The notes beneath the pieces were generated by a model, which was given only the letters and a program-made list of their open reading frames with translations, was not told the DNA's origin and did no database searches. Positions 57,106 through 64,000 of a stretch of 64,000 nucleotides of DNA are shown piece by piece. The position numbers and the translations under genes were made by a program. The stretch comes from an uncultured Actinomycetes bacterium. GTDB taxonomy: Bacteria; Actinomycetota; Coriobacteriia; Anaerosomatales; CAMTYE01. Every line of letters begins with the position of its first letter. Positions within the stretch are counted from its first letter, which is position 1. The stretch is taken from NCBI GenBank assembly GCA_947085935.1, contig CAMTYE010000009.1, forward strand, positions 72,021 through 136,020. The letters run 5' to 3'.

Positions 57106-58512
57106 GTGCCTCACCACGTCGACACCGCTCGGGTCTATGCCCATTTCATAGGAATCGGCGGCGCCGGGATGAGCGGAATCGCCCGGATCATGCATGATCG
57201 CGGCATCGTCGTGACCGGCTCCGACATGAAGGAGTCCCGGTATACCCGCGCCCTCGCGCACGAGGGAGTCCTCGTGCACATCGGACACACCGATGAGAAC
57301 CTCGGCGATCCCGGAATCGTCGTCGTCTCGTCGGCGATCAGGGAGTCCAACCCCGAGCTCCGGGCGGCACGAGAGCGGGGCATCGAGATCTGGCCGCGGG
57401 CCAGGATGCTCGCGGAACTCGCGGGCGGGCTGGCGACTGTGGCAGTCGCCGGCACCCACGGCAAGACATCCACGAGTGCGATGATCGCCACGATGCTGGC
57501 CGGAATGGGCCTCGATCCCACGTTTGCGATCGGTGGGGAGGTAGCCGAGTATTCGAGTAACTCACGGTGTGGCGAGGGCGCGCAGTACGTCGTCGAGGCC
57601 GACGAGTCTGACGGGTCCTTCATGTACCTCGATCCTGCGGTCGCGCTCGTGACGAACATCGAAGCCGACCATCTCGATCACTACGGGTCGCTCGAGGCGG
57701 TCGAGAAGACGTTCGTCGAGTTCATGTGCAAGGTCGATGGCGACGGGTGTCTCGTCATGTGTGCCGACGACGACCGGCTCCTGGAACTGGCGCAGGGCTG
57801 CGCTTCAAGGTCGGTCACATATGGGTTCGCGGAGGGAGCAGACGTGCGCTGTCACACGCTGCGCCGGCACGGGCTGGGGCACGCATTCGAAGTCGAATTC
57901 GCTGACGGGCGCACGGTCTCGGCTTCGATTCCCGTGCCGGGAGAGCACATGGTGCAAAACGCGACCGGCGCGCTGGCGGTCGCATACTCACTGGGACTCG
58001 ATCCCCGTGCTGCGGCCGATGCGCTCGCATCCTACGGCGGCGTTCGGCGCCGTTTCGATCATATCGGCACGGTCGGCGGCGTCACGGTCGTCGATGACTA
58101 TGCCCACCACCCGACCGAGGTCAGGGCTACGCTCGCCGCCGCGCGCGAGGTCGGGTACGCCCGTGTGTGGGTTGTCTTCCAGCCGCATCGCTACTCGCGC
58201 ACGGGGGCGCTGTCGCGTGAGTTCGGTGCCGCATTCGGGAACGCGGACCGGGTTGTCCTCATGGACGTGTACAGTGCGGGAGAGGTGCCCGTACCGGGGG
58301 TCTCGGGACGGACGCTCGTCGATGCGGTCCTTCGCGCTTCGCCGAGATCGCAGGTCGCGTACATGCCGCATCGGGCAGACCTGGTTCCGTATCTCACACC
58401 CAGGTTGGCTCCGGGCGATCTTGTGCTGACGATGGGCGCGGGTGATGTGACGAGTGTCGGGCCGGAGATCGTCTCGGCTCTGGGGACCGCGCGAGGCGGG
58501 GAGACCGGGTGA
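57106..58512 (+). CDS. murC: UDP-N-acetylmuramate--L-alanine ligase
   Basis: HFIGIGGAGMSGIA and AGTHGKTSTS motifs. Confidence 0.93.
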   Translation: MPHHVDTARVYAHFIGIGGAGMSGIARIMHDRGIVVTGSDMKESRYTRALAHEGVLVHIGHTDENLGDPGIVVVSSAIRESNPELRAARERGIEIWPRARMLAELAGGLATVAVAGTHGKTSTSAMIATMLAGMGLDPTFAIGGEVAEYSSNSRCGEGAQYVVEADESDGSFMYLDPAVALVTNIEADHLDHYGSLEAVEKTFVEFMCKVDGDGCLVMCADDDRLLELAQGCASRSVTYGFAEGADVRCHTLRRHGLGHAFEVEFADGRTVSASIPVPGEHMVQNATGALAVAYSLGLDPRAAADALASYGGVRRRFDHIGTVGGVTVVDDYAHHPTEVRATLAAAREVGYARVWVVFQPHRYSRTGALSREFGAAFGNADRVVLMDVYSAGEVPVPGVSGRTLVDAVLRASPRSQVAYMPHRADLVPYLTPRLAPGDLVLTMGAGDVTSVGPEIVSALGTARGGETG

Positions 58513-59426
58513 CTATGACGTCTGTGCTTCAGCAGCTCAAGGCGGAGCTTGAAGGTACGGTGAGGGCGGCCGAACCCATGGCCCGTCATACGACGTACCG
58601 GATCGGGGGTCCGGCCGGGCTCTTCGTGGTTGCGGACTCGGTTGCCGATCTGAAGCTGGCCATCGCGGTGTGCGCCGATGAGGGGATCGACTGGACTGTC
58701 CTCGGCAAGGGCAGCAACATACTCGTTGCGGATGCAGGCTATGACGGTATGGTCATTGTGTTGGGACGGGCATTCAAGAAGCACGCGTTCGACGGGGACT
58801 GTATCAACACCGGAGCGGGAGTGGTCCTGGCGCACGTCGTTCAGGAGTCGTTCTCGAAAGGGATGTCGGGTCTGGAATTCGCTGTCGGGATACCGGGGAC
58901 GGTCGGTGGTGCCGTCGCCATGAACGCCGGTGCCCGCGATGACTGGATCGGTTCGCGGGTCGAATGCGTGACGCTGTTCGTTCCCGGTGTCGGCCTCACG
59001 CGTGTCCGTGGGCACGAGATCTTGTGGGGCTACCGGAGGTCGGGCCTGAGCGATAGAGGCGTCATCGTTGAGACGTCTCTCAGGGTCGAAGTGGGTGACG
59101 TGACGTCGATCAGGCGTACGATGGAAGCGAGTCTCCGGCGTCGCAAGGCGTGCCAGCCGGTCGGGATTCCCTCGGCCGGGAGCGTGTTCGTCAACCCGGA
59201 GGGGGATTCCGCCGGCAGGTTGATCGAGGGCGCGGGGATGAAAGGTGCGCGGATCGGCGGGGCCCAGGTGTCGGAGATCCACGCGAACTTCATTGTGAAC
59301 ACGGGCGGGGCAAGAGCGATAGATGTCGCAGAACTCATGGTGACGGTACGGAGCGCAGTAAAGGACCAGTATGGCATCGAACTCAGGCCGGAAATCCGGT
59401 TCCTCGGATCGTTCGACGTCTCGTAG
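58509..59426 (+). CDS. murB: UDP-N-acetylenolpyruvoylglucosamine reductase
   Basis: HTTYRIGGPA, GKGSNILV and FVNP motifs. GTGA overlap with murC. Confidence 0.9.
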   Translation: MTMTSVLQQLKAELEGTVRAAEPMARHTTYRIGGPAGLFVVADSVADLKLAIAVCADEGIDWTVLGKGSNILVADAGYDGMVIVLGRAFKKHAFDGDCINTGAGVVLAHVVQESFSKGMSGLEFAVGIPGTVGGAVAMNAGARDDWIGSRVECVTLFVPGVGLTRVRGHEILWGYRRSGLSDRGVIVETSLRVEVGDVTSIRRTMEASLRRRKACQPVGIPSAGSVFVNPEGDSAGRLIEGAGMKGARIGGAQVSEIHANFIVNTGGARAIDVAELMVTVRSAVKDQYGIELRPEIRFLGSFDVS

Positions 59427-60324
59427 AAGAGTCGTCATCACGGCCCGCCAAACCAGCCGGATACGGGAAGACACAGCTCCATCTAAACCTAAGCCTGAGC
59501 GTAGGGGTTCATCCGCGCAGCAGGGATCGCGTGCCCACAAGCCGGCGGCCGTACGCGTGGCCAACGCGAAGCGGCTTGAGCGCGAGCGCAGGATCTCCGT
59601 CCAAAGGCGTACGTTCAGGTTGAGGGTCGCGCTCATGCTACTGGCCGTCGTCGCGATGGCGGGCTCCGGGGTTGCGGTCTACCGGTCATCCCTGTTCACG
59701 ATCGAGACCGTCGAGATCGTCGGAGCATCCCGGCTTCCGCGCGGAGAAGTCCTTGATATGATCGCGTTGCCGGACGATGCGACGCTACTCAGATACCCCG
59801 CCGCGCGCATAGCCGAGAGCATCGGGTCGAGCCCGTGGGTGGCGCAGGTCACCGTGTCACGCAACTACCCGGACACGTTGCGCGTCAGGATAGTGGAGCG
59901 GGAACCGGTCGTGCTGGCAGACACGGGTGCTGCCTCGTTCTGGCTCGTGGATTCGAGCGGCTTCGTCATCGCAGAGCAGACCCCGGACACGACTTCGACC
60001 CTGATGGTGGTTCGTGACCTCGAGGGCCTCGAACTCAGCGCGGGGTTCCCGTCCGACTCGGCGGCGCTAGAGAATGCGATACGTGTGTGGAGGGGGATCG
60101 GTCCGGAACTGCGGGCGCGAACCCGCGCGATCTCTGCTCCCAGTGTCGACAAGACAGCGCTCCTGACCACCGATGATATCGAGATCTTCATAGGCTCGGC
60201 GGATGACCTTGACAAGAAGGACCGGGTGATCCAGCGCATATTGGCCGAGCAGGCGGGTAAAGTCGTATATGTGAACGTGAGAACTGTCGACAGGCCGACA
60301 TGGCGGGGCTTGGACAGCCCGTAG
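59371..60324 (+). CDS. ftsQ: Cell division protein FtsQ (POTRA domain)
   Basis: Basic N-tail, a TM helix (VALMLLAVVAMAGSGVAVY), then a POTRA-like segment (FTIETVEIVGASRLPRGEV...VTVSRNYPDTLRVRIVEREP). Overlaps murB by 56 nt. Confidence 0.75.
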   Translation: MASNSGRKSGSSDRSTSRRRVVITARQTSRIREDTAPSKPKPERRGSSAQQGSRAHKPAAVRVANAKRLERERRISVQRRTFRLRVALMLLAVVAMAGSGVAVYRSSLFTIETVEIVGASRLPRGEVLDMIALPDDATLLRYPAARIAESIGSSPWVAQVTVSRNYPDTLRVRIVEREPVVLADTGAASFWLVDSSGFVIAEQTPDTTSTLMVVRDLEGLELSAGFPSDSAALENAIRVWRGIGPELRARTRAISAPSVDKTALLTTDDIEIFIGSADDLDKKDRVIQRILAEQAGKVVYVNVRTVDRPTWRGLDSP

Positions 60325-60340
60325 GCGAGGAGGGTGTCAC

Positions 60341-61303
60341 GTGCACTGGCTCAGATCTGCAATCGCCACTGGTGCACTCGCGGCAGGCCTGTTGGTCTCG
60401 CCGGGCCCGGCAGCGGCGCTGACGGTGACGACGTCCGCGACCGACTGCCTCGGTTCAGTCGAAGCGACGTTCGCAATCGGAAGCGCCGACCCGACCGGAA
60501 CGGCAGTTCTCATGGTCGATGGCGCTGTAGTGGCGGTGCGTCCTGCTGTGCCGTCCCAGCGGATCGGGTTTCCGCGGCTGACGCTCAAACCCGGCCGGCA
60601 CAAGATATCCGCGCTCTTGCGGTCGTCTGCCGGTGCGTCGTCTGCAGCGCCGGCGTTCGTGAAGGTATGGTCGCGGCCGACCGCAGCTTCGCTGGCATCC
60701 CCTGCGGGCGGATATGCGTCCAGGTATGTCACAGGTGTCGTCAAGACGGGCCTTTGGACGACCTCGGTGCACGTGTATGTCAACGGCGTGCTGGTGCGCT
60801 CGGTCGCGGTCGCTGAGAACGCGCTCCAGAACATAGGTACGCTCGAGATGAAGGCGGGCGTGAACACGATCAGAATCGTCTCGGGCAATCCCGTGGCGAC
60901 GACAGTGGCGCGTTACAACGTCACTCGACTCGACTTCCCCTGGGCGACCTGTATCGTCGTGGACAAGTCGGACTTCAAACTGTACTGGGTCAGGAACGGA
61001 CTCCTCGTCAAAGCCTATCCCATCGCGCACGGCCGCGTGAACGCCAGGACGCCCAGCGCGACATGGCGCATCGACGCCAAGTACAACACGGACCCGGCCA
61101 GCGTGTACGGCCCTCGCAAGATGCGCATGTTCCGCCAGTCGGGCAGCAGCTTCGTCTTCACCGCATACGCCATCCACGGCACCAACCAGCCCTGGGTCAT
61201 CGGGACGCAGGCCTCTGCCGGATGCATCCGGATGTACAATAGCGACGTCCTGGAGCTGTTCCCGCAGGTGCCGCTCGGAACGATGGTGCAGACGCGCGAG
61301 TAG
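60341..61303 (+). CDS. Secreted L,D-transpeptidase (YkuD domain) with N-terminal Ig-like region
   Basis: Signal peptide MHWLRSAIATGALAAGLLVSPGPAAA. C-terminal YkuD signature IHGTNQPWVIGTQASAGCIRM. SD GAGGAGGG upstream. Confidence 0.85.
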   Translation: MHWLRSAIATGALAAGLLVSPGPAAALTVTTSATDCLGSVEATFAIGSADPTGTAVLMVDGAVVAVRPAVPSQRIGFPRLTLKPGRHKISALLRSSAGASSAAPAFVKVWSRPTAASLASPAGGYASRYVTGVVKTGLWTTSVHVYVNGVLVRSVAVAENALQNIGTLEMKAGVNTIRIVSGNPVATTVARYNVTRLDFPWATCIVVDKSDFKLYWVRNGLLVKAYPIAHGRVNARTPSATWRIDAKYNTDPASVYGPRKMRMFRQSGSSFVFTAYAIHGTNQPWVIGTQASAGCIRMYNSDVLELFPQVPLGTMVQTRE

Positions 61304-61473
61304 CCGGCGTTGAGAGCGGGGAGACGCATCTTCCGCCTCAGCGCATCACATTGTCTACAAACCCCTTGCGTGCCCTATAAGGTTTATGCAAAGATATAGT
61401 GTTCTACGCGTACCCTAACCGTGTACTTGAGGTTTATCTAGGTCCTTCCAGAGGGGTCACCAGGAGGGGAATC

Positions 61474-62547
61474 ATGCTCGAGACTGGCGCGAACTACCTT
61501 GCGGTCATCAAAGTGGTCGGCGTGGGCGGGGGCGGCACCAATGCCGTCAACCGCATGGTCGAGGCAGGAGTCAAGGGCGTTGAGTTCATCGCTGTGAACA
61601 CCGACGCACAGGCTCTGCTGATGTCTGACGCTGACTACAAGGTCCACGTCGGAGTCAATCTGACAAAGGGCCTCGGCGCCGGGGCAGACCCGGATGTCGG
61701 ATTCCAGGCCGCCGAAGAGAACCGTGGCGAGATCAAAGAGGCGCTTCAGGGCGCCGACATGGTGTTCGTCACTGCCGGCGAAGGCGGGGGCACGGGCACC
61801 GGTGCTGCGCCCGTCATCGCTCAGATCGCCAAAGAGGAGATCGGAGCGCTCACGGTCGGCGTCGTCACTCGGCCATTCGCCTTTGAGGGGCGCAAGCGCG
61901 CTCTGCAGGCCGAGGACGGGATCAAGCGCCTTCGCGAGGTCGTCGACACGTTGATCGTGATTCCGAACGATCGTCTCCTTCAGGTCGCGGAGAAGAAGAC
62001 CTCGATTCTCGATGCGTTCCGGATAGCGGACGACATTCTGCGTCAGGGAACCCAGGGCATCACGGATCTCATCACGGTACCTGGCCTGATCAACCTCGAC
62101 TTCGCGGACGTCCGCACCATCATGCAGGAAGCGGGTTCGGCCCTTATGGGAATCGGCCTGGCTGCCGGCGACAACAGGGCCCACGATGCCGCGAAAGCAG
62201 CCATCTCCAGCCCGCTGCTTGAGAGCAGCATCGAGGGGGCGCAGGGCGTCCTCTTGTCGATAGCCGGCGGCAGTGACCTCGGGCTCTTCGAGGTCAACGA
62301 AGCGGCCGAAGTCGTGGCCACGGCCGCGCACCCTGATGCCAACATCATCTTCGGTGCGGTCATCGACGACTCGATGATGGATCAGATTCGTGTCACCGTC
62401 ATCGCCACCGGCTTCGAGGGCAGACGGCGCCAGGAGACCATGCAGTTCGGCGGCGAAGAGGACACAGGATCGTCTCTCCCGACGTTCGAGCCGATCGGCG
62501 AGGAAGATCTGGACATCCCGGCGTTTCTCAAGAAGCGCACGTTCTAG
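61474..62547 (+). CDS. ftsZ: Cell division GTPase FtsZ
   Basis: [15 protein letters not shown] and [13 protein letters not shown] motifs. Conserved C-terminal peptide [19 protein letters not shown] lies before the ATG at 61474. Confidence 0.97.
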   Translation: MLETGANYLAVIKVVGVGGGGTNAVNRMVEAGVKGVEFIAVNTDAQALLMSDADYKVHVGVNLTKGLGAGADPDVGFQAAEENRGEIKEALQGADMVFVTAGEGGGTGTGAAPVIAQIAKEEIGALTVGVVTRPFAFEGRKRALQAEDGIKRLREVVDTLIVIPNDRLLQVAEKKTSILDAFRIADDILRQGTQGITDLITVPGLINLDFADVRTIMQEAGSALMGIGLAAGDNRAHDAAKAAISSPLLESSIEGAQGVLLSIAGGSDLGLFEVNEAAEVVATAAHPDANIIFGAVIDDSMMDQIRVTVIATGFEGRRRQETMQFGGEEDTGSSLPTFEPIGEEDLDIPAFLKKRTF

Positions 62548-62582
62548 TCGATCCTGACGCCGGCCACGTGTCGGCGCTTTTC

Positions 62583-62635
62583 GGCCCCTGGGGCGACGAG
62601 GGAGACCCTCGTCGCCCCAGGGGCCTTTGTTATTC
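62583..62635. terminator. Bidirectional intrinsic terminator between ftsZ and the convergent gene
   Basis: 20-bp perfect stem GGCCCCTGGGGCGACGAGGG / CCCTCGTCGCCCCAGGGGCC with a very short loop. Flanked by CGCTTTTC on the left and TTTGTTATTC on the right. Confidence 0.7.
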
Positions 62636-62650
62636 GGGGACCGCTGGCTA

Positions 62651-63544
62651 TCAGGAATCCTGTCCGTCCGAGCCGTCGGGCTCGATCGGGGGGGCCGGTG
62701 CGGCGGGGGGTGCGGGGGGTGCGGGGGGATAATCTGCGGGAGGTGCGGGCGGATAGCCTGCGGGAGGTGCGGGGGGTGCGGGCGGATAGCCTGCGGGGGG
62801 TGCGGGCGGATAATCTCCGGGGGGTGCGGGGGGTGCGGGCGGCGTGTAGCCTGCGGCGCCGGATGCCGCAACGGGGCTCTGCGTGCCGACTCCGTATGCG
62901 ACTGCGGCCCACTGGCCGAATACGTGAGAGGTGATCATGTACCCGACGAACATGACCCACGGAGCGAGCAGCCCGCCGACTCCGGTCGAGCTGAGCACGC
63001 TGATCACGGTGCCCGCGACGAAGTTGACCGCGATGCTCACGGCCCATGCCATGAAGTACCCATTGCCACCGCGGATCTTCTTCATGATGTCGCCGAATGC
63101 GAACATCGCCCCGAAGTTCCCCGTCATCGCGAAGTTCACCATTCCGGCCAGTGAGAAGATCGAGACCAGGATCAACCACAACACGGCGATGCCGCCGAAG
63201 AGGCAGGCGCCTCCGAGGCCGGCCGCCGCGGCCGCATCGGATGAGGGGCCACCGATGAGCGTGAGCAGAACGGGTACGAGCGCGACCCCGCCCAGGATCA
63301 TCGCCGGCAACGCGTACACGAGCATCCCCACGAAGAGCAGGAACCCTCGGACCCACTGACCGCCGAGGTCGTTCCAGTCGGGTAGCGTGTCGTCGCCGTT
63401 CGCCACCTTTCGCACGTAGTCCATCTGCGCACCGCCGACCGCCGGGGCGGTGACGAAGAGCAGCCCCAAGAGCCCGCCGATACCGACCTTCATCGGCCAC
63501 TGAGCGTCCTTGAACGGAGCACCGATCGATCTGCCTACGTCCAT
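62651..63544 (-). CDS. DUF4013-like polytopic membrane protein with C-terminal proline-rich repeat tail
   Basis: N-terminus MDVGRSIGAPFKDAQWPMKVGIGGLLGLL...LPDWNDLGGQWVRGF resembles DUF4013 (from memory). Tail APPAPPGDYPPAPPAGYPPAPPAPPAGYPPAPPADYPPAPPAPPAAPAPP. SD GGGAGGA upstream. Confidence 0.65.
   Translation of the reverse strand: MDVGRSIGAPFKDAQWPMKVGIGGLLGLLFVTAPAVGGAQMDYVRKVANGDDTLPDWNDLGGQWVRGFLLFVGMLVYALPAMILGGVALVPVLLTLIGGPSSDAAAAAGLGGACLFGGIAVLWLILVSIFSLAGMVNFAMTGNFGAMFAFGDIMKKIRGGNGYFMAWAVSIAVNFVAGTVISVLSSTGVGGLLAPWVMFVGYMITSHVFGQWAAVAYGVGTQSPVAASGAAGYTPPAPPAPPGDYPPAPPAGYPPAPPAPPAGYPPAPPADYPPAPPAPPAAPAPPIEPDGSDGQDS
62689..62860 (-). repeat. Imperfect tandem DNA repeats (24-33 nt period) encoding the Pro-rich tail; dense G-runs on the + strand
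   Basis: The unit GGTGCGGGCGGATAGCCTGCGGG occurs at 62742 and 62775. Variants occur near 62718, 62799 and 62832. There are multiple G5-G7 runs. Confidence 0.75.
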
Positions 63545-63673
63545 GCGTTCCTCCCTCTACGCGTGCTCTGCCCCTCCGAGCCACGAGGGCCTCACTGACA
63601 TTCATACCTCAAACACGGAATCCGTGCGTGTGAGACAATCCCCGTCGGTACCGGTCATCAGCCGAGGAGCCGC

Positions 63674-64000
63674 GTGAGCGAGAAGTTTCGTCCAGGGCTG
63701 ACCCGCCAGGTCGAGTCCGGTGGCATCGCACTATGCACGGATGTCCACCTGGCTGCACTCTTCGGGATACGGGTCGCCTTCAGCGAGCGTTCCGGTGGTG
63801 TCAGTGGGCCGCCGTTCGATTCGCTCAACCTGGCGGCCCATGTCGGCGACGACCCGCGCGCAGTGGACGAGAATCGTCGCCGGCTCCTGGCCGCTCTCGG
63901 TCTGGAGGAGTGTGCTTCACGTCTGACGACCTCGGTCCAGGTGCACCGCGATCACATCGCGGAAGTCGCCGGGGATTCGGCTGGTCGAGGGGCCTCGGCT
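63674..64000 (+). CDS. pgeF: Peptidoglycan editing factor PgeF (YfiH/DUF152 family), N-terminal part (3' end is off the window)
   Basis: GTG at 63674 with SD GAGGAG 4 nt upstream. The frame is open to the window end. FSERSGGVSGPPFDSLNLAAHVGDDPRAVDENRRRL matches the family N-terminus. Canonical position after ftsZ in Actinobacteria. Not present in the ORF track because it has no stop. Confidence 0.8.
   Translation, partial: MSEKFRPGLTRQVESGGIALCTDVHLAALFGIRVAFSERSGGVSGPPFDSLNLAAHVGDDPRAVDENRRRLLAALGLEECASRLTTSVQVHRDHIAEVAGDSAGRGASA

Noticed and set aside
62689-62860. Regularly spaced G-rich repeats that at first glance could suggest a CRISPR-like or other non-coding array.
   Set aside because: The period is only 24-33 nt and there are no unique spacers. 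The repeats sit in frame inside a CDS and translate to a proline-rich tail. No cas genes are nearby.
63720-63926. Track ORF of 68 aa near the window end.
   Set aside because: It is out of frame with the open-ended frame starting at GTG 63674. That frame translates into a clear PgeF/YfiH N-terminus and has an SD.
1-64000. Search for a defence-island-like or otherwise novel multi-gene system (orphan nucleases, helicases, reverse transcriptases, STAND/AAA ATPases, toxin-antitoxin pairs, unusual repeat arrays).
   Set aside because: Every large ORF with coding character is accounted for by housekeeping, pilus, transport or envelope functions. The only genes of truly unknown function are membrane or secreted proteins. 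Claiming a new system beyond the specific hypotheses listed would not be supported by the sequence.

Overview
Visibly high-G+C chromosomal core region, coded almost entirely on the + strand. Only about six genes are on the - strand. It looks like a monoderm, Actinomycetota-like bacterium: no ftsA in the division cluster, a steA/mctB-like pair, and the order tlyA-nadK-recN-steA-mctB...pyrG...xerD as in Mycobacterium. The stretch aroQ-peptidase-efp-(accB)-accC-asp23-nusB-xseB-dxs-tlyA-recN also matches the Bacillus order. Content in order: (1) a type IV pilus locus: pilT (5'-truncated by the window edge), pilC, major pilin, prepilin peptidase, three pilin-like genes (two very large), pilM-pilN-pilO and an unknown membrane-anchored ORF; (2) aroC-aroK-aroB-aroQ-M24 peptidase linked by 4-nt start/stop overlaps, then efp; (3) a carboxyltransferase fused in frame to a full-length AccB-like biotin carrier, biotin carboxylase, asp23, nusB, xseB, dxs, tlyA, nadK, recN; (4) steA, an mctB-like gene, and a divergent envelope module (murJ-GT2 on the - strand; a 767-aa membrane protein and a divergent MraY/WecA-like protein on the + strand); (5) pyrG-M20 peptidase-DUF3866-like, ald, xerD; (6) a BMP-lipoprotein ABC importer; (7) a DUF4349-like lipoprotein and small membrane ORFs; (8) a complete dcw cluster, mraZ to ftsZ. 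An L,D-transpeptidase sits between ftsQ and ftsZ, and a convergent DUF4013-like proline-repeat membrane protein sits between ftsZ and a partial pgeF. I found no rRNA, tRNA, CRISPR array, transposase or prophage signature, and no convincing defence-island-type system. This is mainly an ordinary housekeeping region. The points most worth follow-up are a 10-bp-phased GTGGG repeat array at the mraZ promoter, the carboxyltransferase::AccB fusion with an internal SD+GTG, the envelope module inserted between mctB and pyrG, the modular pilins and the PilP/PilQ-position ORF, and the two insertions flanking ftsZ. All family calls come from motifs read by eye; no database search was run.
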